DNA of 64,000 bases from NCBI GenBank assembly GCA_026770705.1, contig JANJGN010000007.1:109554001-109618000 (forward strand). Direction: 5' to 3'. The notes beneath the pieces were generated by a model, which saw nothing but the letters and a program-made list of their open reading frames with translations, was not told the origin of the DNA and did no database searches. Made by a program: the position numbers and the translations under genes. Shown piece by piece: positions 51,639-64,000 of the stretch. The stretch is from Isurus oxyrinchus. Lineage: Eukaryota. The stretch's first letter is position 1. Every line of letters begins with the position of its first letter.

Positions 51639-53344
51639 GAAAAATTTGAACTAATTGGATTGCTCTATGGAGAGCCGGCACACACTGAAGAGGCCTAACT
51701 GTCTCAGTTAGTGCCATAATTGAGACATAGCAAAGCTTGTGGAAGGGCAAAGCAACTTGGTTCAGCAACGCCTGGATTTTCATGTTTATCTGCACATATG
51801 TAGACTCCAGAAGTTGCTGTTCAATTTACTCCACAATAGCAGGAACTGCTGTGAGCTTCACCATCAATCTTCATGTAATATTCAGTCCAGTGTCTACAGC
51901 CAGCCTGCATTATGTTAAAAATGTTTGGTTAACATCTCAGAGAATGTAATGAAGTTTGCCACAGAGAAAACGAGACATAAATGTCACCTGCAATGGTTAT
52001 TGATGGGATTGTGCTGGGCAGGCAGTGTGTGTCTGCAGAGTAACACCTGTGACACACACACTTTGCTTTGTCAAGGGCAGGGTTATTCTTTGCAGAATCT
52101 GGCAGGAATTTCCAGCCCTGTTGGCGTCAGGCATCATGGCAGGTGGGGGAGGAACAATATGGTGAGAAGGCCAAAAATCAGTTTTATGTCATCATGAAAC
52201 CAGTTTGCAATCTTCCGCTCCACCCGTCAATGATGGGCCATATTTCACGTCACTGGACATCAGGAATGTAATTTCAATACATTTGCATCTAATTATAAGC
52301 CCCACTCACTGGAAACATCCCCCCACTTCAAATTTACTGCCCACGTAGGTGGGACTTCAGAATGGCATGTTTCATGACTGCCTTTAAAAAGCGTGCTCCT
52401 GGCGACCTGAACTTCTGCCCATTGGATATCAAGGGTGAGGCACTGCACATTCGCAGGGGGCACAGGCAAGTTGTTTTGTCCTGTCTGCCTTTCAATGCAG
52501 TGCCAGGGCAAGTGCTCCAGTGCGAGCAAGACTTGGGGGGAATGGGGTGAGGGATGGGGTTTGGTGCAAAGCAGCACAGGCAGGCCGCAGGAAAGACTCA
52601 AGTACGTGCCAGGGGAGTGTGGGGAGATAAAGGAAGGAAGTGGCCATGCACTTGAGAAAGCTTGTCAAAAGTGAGCATTCTTCTGCAGCTGAGAGCATTC
52701 AGCACCTCCACCAGTGATTGTGTCATGTCCACCTTTCACAAGAGGATACTACAATATTCCCAGTTGGCCAATTACTCTGCTGCTCCATTGATATGCTTCG
52801 TGTTGAGCCTCTGAAGCTTCTCTGCCCACTAAAGCAACACAAAATCATGAAAGTACCACCAAATGCTCTGAAGCTTTGCACCCCTCGGGTGCAGACTGCA
52901 AATTAATGTATATTTTAGGGGGCAGGAGAGTAATTGGCTGACTGGGAATATTGTAGTATCCCCTTGCAAAAGGTGGACATGACGCAACCACTGGTCAGGG
53001 TGCTCACATCCCATTGCAGTGCCTTTATTAAGGTTTGGACCAGCATCCATTATGGCTCAAGCCAACAGTGCAGCCTTGAAGTGCAGGCTAGTGGAATGCC
53101 TGCACCTGAGCTGAGAGTACAGCATGCAGTCCAGTAGCTGAAGCTGCCACCAATTTGTCAAGTGGAGTGGGGCGGGGGTTGGTGCCATTTCGGGAAGCTA
53201 TGAAGAGCACTATACACAGGCCACCCAAGTGCTGGCCAGCACTCTCCTGCATGTGAGAAGGGGCCTTCAGAATTAACCATGAAAGGTTACTTAGTACACC
53301 CCATCCATGCTAACCCATGCATCTCTCTCTTTGATCCTGCATGA

Positions 53345-54450
53345 TCATGGAGCCTGGTGATTTAGCAGAATGCCTCCTGGTTTACAGAAACCAGAAAAGA
53401 AGAAGAAGAGAGCAGAGGAGATGCCTGGCTCAGCGAAGGGGAATCAAGATGAAGGGGCAGCAGGGTCTGCTGCACACACACTCACAGGTGCCTCGCTAGA
53501 CACAGGGTCTATAGATGGCGCCTGTCATTCCTGCAGATGGCTGAAAACCAGTGTCACCAAAGATGGCACTTGTCTTGGGAACTGATTGGTCACATACGCC
53601 ACCTGCTGCAGGATATGGCATCACGGAGATATGGAGGGCATCCACTGTCAGTGACCATGATTTTTATACCAGTGGCTCCATCCAGGGCTCCAGAGGTGAC
53701 CTGAGCAGGATCTTGCAAGCCTCCACACAGAAGTGTATCCAGGAGATCACGGAAGCGATCTTCGCAAAGGCACAGAACTCTATGCATTTTGCCCTTGGTC
53801 AAGAAATCCAGGATGCCAGGGCGCTGGGGTTTGCACTGATCTCATGTTTCCCACAGGTGCAGGGTGCCATCCACTGCACTCATGTGATGCTTTGATCTCT
53901 GTGGCAAAAAGCAGTCAACTACGTCAAAAGTAAATGCTCCCACTCGCTCAATGCTCAGCTGGTGCATGACCACCACAAACACATCCTGCAGATCTGCACA
54001 CATTTCCCAGGGACCATCCAGGACTCCTACATCCTTAACCGGTCTCAGATCCCTGACATCTTCCAGGGTCCAGAGAGGCTGCAGGGTTGGTTCCTCCGGG
54101 GCAAGGGCTACCCACAGAGGATGTGGCTGATGATGCCCATGCGGTGGCCCAGACTGCAGCAGAGCAACAGTACAATGAGGATTATGCCACAGCCCGGACT
54201 TTGGTGGAGCAAACGATTGGGATTTTGAAATTGAGGTTCCACTGCCTCGACAGGTCTGGTGGAGCACTGCAATACAGCCCCAAGGTGGCTCCACAACCTG
54301 GCGCTGCAACAGGGAAGGGACCTGGTTGAGGAGGAAATGGAGGAGTTACACATATCCTCCAGTGAGGAGGACATCAAAGGGGATGATGGTGATGAGGTCC
54401 TTAAAGATGGGGATGCCAGTGATGAGACCTTCACACTGGCCAGATGAGGC
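53345..54450 (+). pseudogene. Harbinger (HARBI1-like) DDE transposase, disabled
   Basis: FYTSGSIQG...FPQVQGAIHCTHV...SLNAQLV...FPGTIQDSYIL...WFLRGKGYP...YNEDYATARTLVEQTIGILKLRF across frameshifts. The Asp of GAIDCTH and of GDKGY are lost. Confidence 0.88.
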
Positions 54451-55389
54451 AAGCGCACAAGGGAGGCCCTCACTGCTGCAAATTCATGGAAGATGATGAT
54501 GAGATGCAATGAGGACATCCTCACTTTGCATCTGTGAATGTTTGACTCCTGTGTGGCTGATGGCAGCACATATATCCTCAGTGCTCAGGCCTATGTCATG
54601 GAGACATAGTGGAGGCCCTAATAGTCACTAGTTTCCAGGAGGATGATGATGATGACATGCAGTGCAGACACTCCACAGAACTTCACACTGCCTCTGTGAA
54701 TGTCTTACTCCTGTCTGGGTGAGGGCAGCTCACTTGCACTCTGTGATCAAGGTCATATCATGGAGATGCAGCCATGAAACTTTAAATGTAACTGATCCTT
54801 TGGCAGCCTTCAGCACCTGACCCTTTCAAGAGCACAGTGACACCAGTCACAGATGCTGAAGACATAGGAGCCAGCCCCACCTCAAAGGTGCTGAGAGCAC
54901 ACAGAGAATGATGGAACTCTGTCATGCCTGCGCACAACATTCTGGCAGCAATGAAAAGCATCATGGAGGGGCAGGCATCATTAATGTGGCCAGTGAGTGT
55001 TAAGTCAGACCATCACTTTTGTCTGAAGGTTACACACTGCACAGTAAAGAGGCCCTGAACTGAGACACCTGCCTTTATCTTGTGCAGGAACTAAGGTTTC
55101 ACATCTGAGTGACACGAACATGAACAATGAACAAGGAGCCATGGGCAAGGAGGAATTCCTGGGAGCTTATTTACAATAGTGAACATTAGTACAAATGATT
55201 AACACCTGCACCAGGCTGTGCAACTATATTTTCCTAACCCTGCTGCTATGTCTTGGTGGCAGCTCCAGCAACTGTGAGATAACCGAGTCCAGCGGCTCCT
55301 CACCTAACTCAGACTCAGCAGATTTCTGGCCTCCAGCAGTCCTCTGACTGCCAGAACACTGGGAGGTCCCTGCGGCTGCCTGCTGTGGA

Positions 55390-56340
55390 TCAGATAGTAT
55401 GGATTAGCTTGCCAGATTGTGACCGCAAAGCTACTGTAGAACAAAGTCCCACTGAGGTGTGTGCCTCTGGTCTGGTGGAAAATGTGAGTGATTGTTGTGA
55501 TGTGTCTTCAATTAGGATGTCATCAGATTCTTCTTCTGAGGTGCTTTCGGGGCTTGAGTCGAGAACCTGGGCCGTGGTACCCTTAGCTGCTTCCCAGGTG
55601 CGCCTGTGAAAGCAAGAAGAGATAATTAGGGCACGGCAGGGGACTGAGGAACAGGGCAATTGGCTCACAGCATATTTGTCTGATGGAAGTTGCACTGCTG
55701 GGTTCTCACTTGGTTGAGCACTGCCAACCTTACCATCTGCACAGGAAAAGTCCAGACCATCACCAGCCAACCGGATGACTCCATTTTCAAAATCCTTGAG
55801 GACTTTGATGTCAGGCAGTCCTGCACCAGTCTGCAGCCTTTCCCTTTTGTTGTGTGCCAGCTTGTCCTGCATGAATACAGGAGAGAGTGTAACAGGATGC
55901 CTGTCAGGCCAGATGATAAGGATGCTTGGCATGTGTAGGTGATGAGTGGTGCTATGGATGGGATGAGGACATGATCCACAGGGCAAATGAAGGTGTGTGT
56001 GAGAGAGTGAATGGTCATGTCCCTTGAACTGGCAGTAAGTGAGATCCCTGTGGATGTGTGTTGGGTTTGTGATTTGAGAGTGATGAGAAGAGTGACTTAG
56101 CCTGGTGGAATGGAGGAAATCATCCATCCTCTTTCAGCACAGTGTGGCTGTCCAATTTGGTAGGGTATTGGCACAAACCACCACTGCCACTACCTCCCAT
56201 GCTGGATTGGTGACCTTGCTTGCTGGTCCTTGCCCACGGCAGGGGTAGAGGACTTATGGCAGGCCTCCATAGTGTCCAGTATGTGCCCAAGTGAGGTATT
56301 GCTAAAGTTGGGGGCTGCATGTTTCCTCCCTTTGGCAATG
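55390..56340 (-). pseudogene. Harbinger Myb/SANT-like accessory gene, intron-containing, disabled
   Basis: MDDFLHSTR | intron (donor mutated to CTAAGT, acceptor catgcAG at ~55867) | DKLAHNKRERLQTGAGLPDIKVL, followed by an acidic low-complexity region. Confidence 0.7.
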
Positions 56341-58039
56341 ATGACTTTCCAGCAGCTTCTGATGCCTTAAAGAGAGCAAGGTCTGTGCAGGTGAAGGCCT
56401 GTTGTGATGATGGGCCGGGCAAATCAGAGGCTGCCCCACCAGCGATCCAGAGCAATTCCCAGGAATGTATTATTAATGAGGTGTGACGCACCAGAAATGG
56501 GACAAAATGGCATGAAAAGCCACTATTGTGTCCAGTGGGTAAAATGTCCTTTTTCCCACCTATGACCGCACTTTGTGCGAATCTGGGACAATTCCACCCT
56601 CTGTCTATTTCAGAGCAACTGAGATATACCAGGAGAGATCAGTCCTAAACTCTTGAGTTAATTCAATTGAGCATCATAGCAGTGAGATACAAATCTGTGA
56701 AGACAAAGGCACATTCCATATAGAATGCCTACAGTTCAGTTTGCAGACTCAAGAATTGAAAAATTCTTATTTTGGCTTCAGAAAATTGTTTTGAGTATGG
56801 CTGAAAGTTCAGTACTCTATTGTTATTTATTTGATGGTTTATTTTGCTTGTGTATAAAGTTTGAACTCAAAATAAGCACTACTATTTCAGCCTGAATTAT
56901 ATAATCTGACGCTGTAGTATTTTTCAATTCATCAAGGAAATTACGAGTATACTTAGGGTACTTTATGCTACTTCCAATGTATACTCCAATGAGTGAAGTT
57001 AGATTGCTAATCTTGAAGCACACAATGCTGTTCACCATACACATAAATTAGCCTGGAATATAACAAGTTTAAATAATCACCAAAATATTGTTGCACACCC
57101 TTCTAGGTTAGAAACATACTTCATGGAATTTATATCTCATACTCTATAGTTCTGAGTGACAGGAAACAGCAACTTCATTTCCTGACCTACAATTCTTCAG
57201 TTGCACAATCTCACATGTTACTGGTTTCAATTGCACAATCTCTCATGCTAACTATCATATTCAGTGAATGACCCAAGAAAGAATGACATGGTTTGATTTA
57301 GTTGCAACATAAATGTTGCAACACAGCAGAATATTTTTCATTCAGCCAAAATATTTAGGTGGGAACAGGATCAGAATTGGCCATGACACCACCCATGATG
57401 GAGATGCAATTTTATATTCACCATGTACTTTCAGTCATGAAGAATGGCCACTTAGGTAAGGTCATGTTGTGGAACCTTATTCCTACATGTCAGCCTTCCC
57501 TTTGGAGGAGAGAAGAGATTTTCAATGACTCATAGCTTTTCTTATGGTAAATAAAGACAACATGTCTGCTATATGAATTAATTTATTAGCCCACTTATTG
57601 GTATATGGGTTTGGTGTGCATATTGACAATGCAATTAATGTTCTATCATAATATCACACAACCATTTCTTGCTTAGCACCTACTTTGTAAAATTTATCCA
57701 GTTGCAGCTAGAGTTTTGCTACCTTGATTCCTGATGTCCAATTTTTCAGTCATATGTGGCTAAAAATTCTGTTGCCCCATGATTTGGCCATGGGGTCATT
57801 ATATGTGACCTGCCCACACAATTGGAGGCAGGCAGCTCTTCATTACTATGATTGTAACATGGGGCTGAGCTGGTTTCTCTATTCTGCTGGTTGCCTCTGC
57901 ACTCAACAGGACAGTGTTCAGCTGAGTGCATGTGGTGCAGGCAGCATTCTGCTCTTAAAGGCGTGATGTCCCTATTAAAGAGAAGCTGCACTGAATAATA
58001 TTGCTGGAACTTAAACAATAAAAAATGTAGCATAGATAG

Positions 58040-58620
58040 AGTTCCATATCAATGGATGCAGTGCTGGACACATTACTGGTCAAGGCGGGCAGGCGGAGAG
58101 TTGTCATGGTTTCACAAGGGGCCAGGGGTCCCCCAATGACCATCCTAAGAAGGGAGTCAGAGCAGGTGACCAGGAAGGTCAACTACCAATGGCTGGACCT
58201 GAGGAACTGGCAGTGGTGCCCCAAGAGGTTGACTGACCTTACACAAATGATCAAGGTCAATGAATGCACATTCAAATAACATCTCCTACCCACCACAGTA
58301 CCAATCTCTCAAGCTGCTCAACCCACCGCATGTTCATCACTCACTGAGCAGCATCCCCTGGCATTCAGATACTCCAACAACTTCACACTCTTGCTAATGC
58401 AGCCAGCCTCACACTAACTTCTCAATACCTCCACATAATTGCCAGCTTTTTGATTATGGCATGCACATCGTCCAAACATAGCACTACACAATCAAGGATA
58501 TTCTGCCTTCTCTCTTGTGGGATATGGCACACAATAGAAAGGACCAGAGCAGAACCTGTGGGGAATAAGGAAGCCTGCGTCTCGAATGCTAAGGAGTAGA
58601 TTGTTATCTGATCATGGGTG
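58040..58620 (+). mobile_element. Harbinger Myb/SANT-like gene remnant
   Basis: DAVLDTLL...RNWQWCPKRLTDLTQMIK resembles the trihelix R.W.QC.K.f.DL signature. Confidence 0.5.
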
Positions 58621-59479
58621 CTGACTATGGTGGGGCCCCTGGCATCTAGCGTCACTAGGAATGATGGGATGTTTCTGCCTTATGCCCCTTCTCCATACCC
58701 AGCACACCCGCATCCTGCATCTGACATGATGAATAAACTACTGATGATGTGGCAATGGGCCACTGCTTCCTACTCCACCACCCTTTCCTCACAACAACCT
58801 TCGCTTTCTGAATTCATGCTTTTGATGGCCAAGATCTGTCACCTACTCACCCACAGACACACAAATACAAAAAGCCCAAGGAGGAAGAGAGAGGGAAAAC
58901 CAACCGCACGGTCCTAATGGAGAGGCCCCATCCTTGACCTGACACCTGAGGCCACCGGCTCAGATATTAATGCTGCACACCAATGGGATCATAGAGTTGG
59001 GATCATCGTGTGGTGAATCATCTGACCATGAATGTTGCAGCTAGGTCAGGGGAAAGGGTGGTTTATTTAGCTCACTAGAGGATGAGTTTAGAGATGGGAC
59101 CTGTTGCAGAGGACGTAGATAGGTATTTCAATAGGGCAAGCAATCAGAGTGCTGATATGCATGCATGCAATGCTCCTGGGTCCATTGGCTGGCCTGTCAG
59201 ACAGCTTCCAGTCACTTCCAGGAGCATGGCAGAGTCTGACTCCAACTTGACTTGGGGCATCAGGCACAATTTGCCCTCTACACAGCCTCAAATCCATCTC
59301 CCTGTCATGCTGTGTGTCCAGAAACACTGCCATAACTAGTACATCCTTTGCATGGAATGGACACCTACTCCTTCTCCATCCCAGTCGGGATGCAACAACA
59401 CTTTCTGGCAATCCAGAAACTCACCACAACTCACCACAACACCTCCAAAATAACTCCAGAGAACTACAGTCAGTTTGCA

Positions 59480-61030
59480 ATAGTAGAGGAGGAGGATGCT
59501 CCACAAATATGCCCATCCTCAATGATGGAGGAGCCCAGCTCACCAGTTCAAAAGATAAGGCTGAATCATTTCCTACAATCTTCAGTCAGAAGTCCTCAGT
59601 GGAATATCCATCTTGGCCTCCTCCGGAGATCTGCAGCATCACAGATGCCGGTCTTCAGCCAATTGTATTCACTCCATGTGAAATCAAGAAACATCTGAAG
59701 GCACTGGATACACAAAGGCTATGGGCCCTGACAATATTCTGGAATTGTACTGAAGATTTGTGCTCCAGAACTTGCCACGCCCTAGCGAAGTTGTTCCAGC
59801 ACAGCTACACCACTGGCATCTCCTGGCTATTGCCCAGATATGTCATGTACACAAAAAGCAAGTCAAATCCAACACGGCCAATTACCGCCCCATCAGTCTA
59901 CTCTCCATCATCGGTAAAGTAATGCAAGGGGTCATCAACAGTGCTATCAAACAGCACTTGCTTAGCAATAACCTGCTCACTGATGCCCAGCTTGGGCTCC
60001 ACCTTGGCCACTCAGCTCCTGGCCGCATTATAGACTAGGTTCAAACTTGGACAAAAGAGCTGAACTCCCGAGGTGAGGTGAGAGTTACTGCCCTTAACAT
60101 CAAGGCCACATTTGACAGAGTGTGTCATCATGGAGCCCAAGCAAAACTGGAGCCAATGCAACTGGGGGAAAACTCTTGCCTGATTGGAGTCATGTCTAGC
60201 ACAAAGGAAGATGGCTGTGTTGTTGGAGGTCAGTCATCTCAGCTTCAGGACATCACCGAAGGAGCCCCTCAGGGTAGCGGTCTCGGCCCAATCATCTTCA
60301 GCTGCTTCATCAATGACCTTTTTCCCAATCTTAAGGTCAGAAGTGGGGATATTCACTGATGATTGCACAATGTTCAGCACCATTCGCGACTCCTCAGATC
60401 CCAAAATAGTCCATGTCCAAATGCAGCAAGACCTGGATAAGAGAAGGACAGAGTCTAGGAATCTTGCGACAAGTAACCCACCTCCTGATTCCCTAAAGCC
60501 TGTTCTCCACCTACAGGCCACAAGTCAGGAATGTGATGGAATATTCCCCACTTGCCTAGATGAGTGCAGCTTGAACAACACTGAAGAAGCTTGATACCGT
60601 CCAGGTAAAAGCAGTCCTCTGGATTAGCACCACATCCACAAACATTCACTCTCTCCACCACCGAAGCACAGTAGCAGCAGTGTCTACCATCTACAAGATG
60701 CATTGTAGGAATTCACCAAGGCTCCTTTGACAGCGCCTTCCAAACCCACAATCAGTTCCATCAAGAAGGACAAGGGCAGCAGATAGATGGGACCACTACC
60801 ACTTGAAAGTTCCCCTCCCAGTCACTCACCATCCTGACTTGGAAATATATCGCCATTCCTTCACTGTCCCTGGGTCAAAATCCTGAACTCCCTCCCTAAC
60901 AGCACTCTGGGCGTCCCTACACCACATGGACTGCAGTGGTTCAAGAAGGAAGCTCACCACCACCTTCTCAAGGGCAATTAGGGATGGGCAATAAATGTTG
61001 GCCCAGCCAGCAAAGCCCAATTCCCATGAA
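59480..61030 (+). mobile_element. LINE family B, 5'-truncated with internal deletion
   Basis: NMPILNDGG...NYRPISLLSII...ATFDRV...PQGSGLGP...FTDDCT. Tail at 60968-61030. Confidence 0.88.
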
Positions 61031-62239
61031 TGAATATTTTTTCAAATCCTTCAAAATGACCTTACCTGCAATATAGCCACCTGGCCATTTAAGGAATGCT
61101 AGTGCATCTCACAGCTTAATGTTTGTCATTTGCAAAGTAATGCACAAGTTCATTGCCTGGACCTGCATGGATCAAATTATCAGCTGAGCTGTGTAACATT
61201 GGAACAGCCTTCCAAAGTGGATGTCATTCTCAAGAGGACGCCTCATGTATGAAGTATCTGGCAGGGCAGGTCAGCTCAGCAAAGTGACACTAGGTTCCCA
61301 TCATCTACTGGCTCTCACAATACCAACTTCAACCAATTGTTGACAGTACAAGTTGTTCCAATACATATATCAAAGCATGCAAGTCATACATTAATGATTC
61401 AAGAGGCTTATGAGTAACCTTGGGTACAAAGATTGGGTAAACGTTAATTTAATCAACATCTCTCTGTGATTGGGAAACCTGGGTATGGGGTTGACAATAG
61501 TAAATAGAAAATGGAACAATAACAAAATCATCAGTTGTTGGCAGGCAGGTGAAGTGCACCACGTGACAAGGAGCCACTAAAATGCAATGGGGCAATCTTC
61601 AATTTCCACTTGAGAAAGGAGCAAATCTTTAGGCCCAGGCCTCATGCCAGTGGAGAGCTTCAGGTACCAAATAGCAAAGTTGCTGCAGCTTTCCTGTTAC
61701 AAAAAGGTAGGAAATCGGCCAGTTTCTGTGCTGAGCATGAAGAGTTGGAAAAAAACACAGGAGGCCAAAGGGTGGTACTCACATTGCCAGCCAAGGACCG
61801 GAATATTTTGGATACAGGAAGTTCATGGCCTCACAAAAATAAAGGTTAGAAATTTCTTTCATTGCATTTTCAGTGGCCTCCAATAGATAGTTAAAGATTG
61901 TTCAACACATATCATGTGGGTGATGCTACGCACCTAATTGCTTCACAAAATTGCATCCGGGGTTTTCAGATTGGTGCAGGAACTAACTTCACAAAGTAGG
62001 GAAACCTCTGACTGAAAACAGACAAGGCACCTGCTCACCCATTTACAAACCTACCTGAAAATTGAATCAGGCATTAGTGTGCTTCGCTCAATTTCTATGC
62101 GAGAAACAGGCAGCTGAAAACCAATCCCAATATTTACACATGGGCAAACCATTAGCACATATACACTAACACCAGCAGCACTAATGTTGGAACACGGAAC
62201 TTATGCACGTAACAACTGAGTTGCTGTTAGGTAGGCAGT

Positions 62240-63520
62240 TGAGTCATACCTAGTACAAAGGAAGATGGTTGTCGTTGTTGGAGGTCAATCATCTCAGTTC
62301 CAGGACATCATTGCAGGACGTCCTCAGGGTAGTGTCCTGGGATCAATCATCTTCAGCTGCTTCATCAATGACCTTCCTTCCATCATAAGGTCAAAAATGG
62401 GGATGTTTGCTGATGATTGTACAACGTTCAGCAGCACTCACAACTCTTCAGGTACTGAAGCAGTCCATGTCCAAATACAGCAAGACTTGGACAATATTCA
62501 GGCTTGCGCTGATGAGTGGCAAGTAACATTTGTGTTACACAAGTGCCAGGCAATGGCCATCTTTAACAAGAGAGACCTAAACATTGCCCCTTGAGAGTCA
62601 ATGGCATTACCATCACTGAATCCTCCAATGTCAACACCCTGTGGGTTACCAATGACCATAAGCTGAACTGGACTAGCCATATAAATACTGTGACTACAAG
62701 AGCACATTAGAGGCTAGGAATCCTGCAGTGAGTAACTCACCTCTTGACTCCTCAAAGTGAGTCCAATTTCTACAAGGCATAAGTCAGGAGTGTGATGGAA
62801 TACTCCCTGCTTGCCTGGATGAGTGCAGCTCGAACAACACTCAAGAAGCTTGACACCATCCAGGACAATGCAGCCCGCTTGATCAGCACTCTATACATTA
62901 ATATAAAAACAAAAAACTGCGGATGCTGGAAATCCAAAACAAAAACAGAATTACCTGGAAAAACTCAGCAGGTCTGGCAGCATCGGCGGAGAAGAAAAAG
63001 TCTTGGAAAAGTCTTGGACTCGAACTCAAGTTCTGTCGAAGGGTCATGAGGACTCGAAACATCAACTCTTTTCTTCTCTGCCGATGCTGCCAGACCTGCT
63101 GAGTTTTTCCAGGTAATTCTGTTTTTGTACTCTATACATTAACATTTACTCTCTCCACCAATGGCACAAGGTGGCAGCAGCATGCACCATTTACAAGATA
63201 CAATGCAGGAACTCACCGAGCACCTTCTAAATCCATGACCACCATGATATAGAAGGACAGGGGCAACAGACACATGGGAATACCACACCTTGAATCTCCC
63301 CTCCAAACCACATACCATCCTGACTTTGAAATACTTCACCATTCCTTCATTATTGCTGGGTCAAAATCCTGGACACCCCTATCCAACAGGACTGTGGGTG
63401 TACCTACATCACATGGACTGCAGCAGTTCAAGAAGACAGCTCACCATCATCTTCTCAGGTCCAATTAGAGATGGGCAATATATACTGGCCTAGTCAGTAA
63501 TGCCCACATTCTATGAATTA
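62240..63520 (+). mobile_element. LINE family B 3' fragment, interrupted by a fold-back insertion
   Basis: PQGSVLGSIIFSCFINDL...MFADDCT (ORF 62265-62594). Tail at ~63455-63520. Confidence 0.9.
62902..63128. mobile_element. 227-bp fold-back Penelope-terminus insertion (same young family as 44503-47400)
   Basis: Inverted arms nearly identical to the ends of the large palindrome. Exact 14-bp target-site duplication ACTCTATACATTAA at 62888-62901 and 63129-63142. Confidence 0.92.
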
Positions 63521-63541
63521 ATTTTAAAAATGACAACCTAC

Positions 63542-64000
63542 GGGCATAATTTTATGGTCCTCTGTTGGTGGCTTACCAGGCAATGCTTGGCATGTAAATT
63601 TCCCCGGATGGCCTGTCCATCGCCCTGGCCTGACCACAATTTTACAAGGTTGTTTAAGGCCTAGGCCAGACCACCCACCTTTACCACAATTGACTCTCAA
63701 GTGCGCGATTAATGACCACTCATGGGCCATTTCCCACCAACCCTCAATTTTGAGGGTAGCAGGAGGAGCTCAGGGACAGAAGGGATGTCAGGCATGTCAC
63801 CCTGCTCAGACCTCAGGTGGGAAGGGGGAAGTACCTCCCTCAACAGCCTGCTATCCATATCAGGCCCTCCCCACTGCCCCACGCCAGGGTTTGCCCACTG
63901 CTCCTCACCCTCCTGGCCTCTCCATTAAGACCTCTACCCATCTCGCCCCAATGCTCCAGGCCTCACCTCCCCTGCCCACCATAAGACAATGTGACTAACT
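63542..64000. mobile_element. Probable start of a Harbinger-type non-autonomous element
   Basis: GGGCATAATTTTA terminus like 16044, followed by GC-richer sequence. The other end lies outside the window. Confidence 0.4.

Larger units (their letters stand above)
52101..56599. mobile_element. Full-length decayed PIF/Harbinger DNA transposon
   Basis: Imperfect terminal repeats GGCAGGAATTTCCAG / GGGACAATTCCACCC, 3-bp TCT on both flanks, and convergent transposase and Myb/SANT-like genes. Confidence 0.85.

Noticed and set aside
1-64000. CRISPR arrays, rRNA, bona fide tRNA genes or prokaryotic operons
   Set aside because: None seen. The tRNA-like boxes belong to SINE/LINE heads, and the sequence is intron-containing vertebrate DNA.

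Overview
Repeat-dense vertebrate DNA, most consistent with a cartilaginous fish (shark-type CR1 LINEs, tRNA-headed SINEs, Penelope-like elements and Harbinger transposons; the taxon is inferred from repeat character, not from a search). The only well-supported host genes are two tandem minus-strand paralogues of a non-rearranging, antigen-receptor-like Ig-superfamily gene. Gene A (~6.0/7.5-10.1 kb) has four open, phase-1-joined exons: leader, a germline-joined VJ-type V domain (..RGNGTG..), a C1-set domain (C..FYP..W..C.V.H) and a transmembrane exon carrying an Arg. Its cytoplasmic exon is unresolved. Gene B (28.3-30.5 kb) has the same layout but is a pseudogene (three stops and a frameshift). 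The most striking mobile-DNA feature is a 2.9-kb near-perfect palindrome of two head-to-head 5'-truncated Penelope-like elements (GIY-YIG ORFs open in both arms, 1-nt centre at 45924, exact 14-bp target-site duplication). It belongs to a series of 200-240-bp fold-back insertions built the same way and carrying minimal hammerhead-ribozyme-like motifs. Also present: a full-length decayed Harbinger transposon, a LINE with a tRNA-like head and no ORF1 plus its matching SINE, a 200-bp tandem duplication, an orphan exon, and a CpG-rich to CpG-poor transition near 31-33 kb. Repeat boundaries are approximate, and all translations and counts were done by hand.
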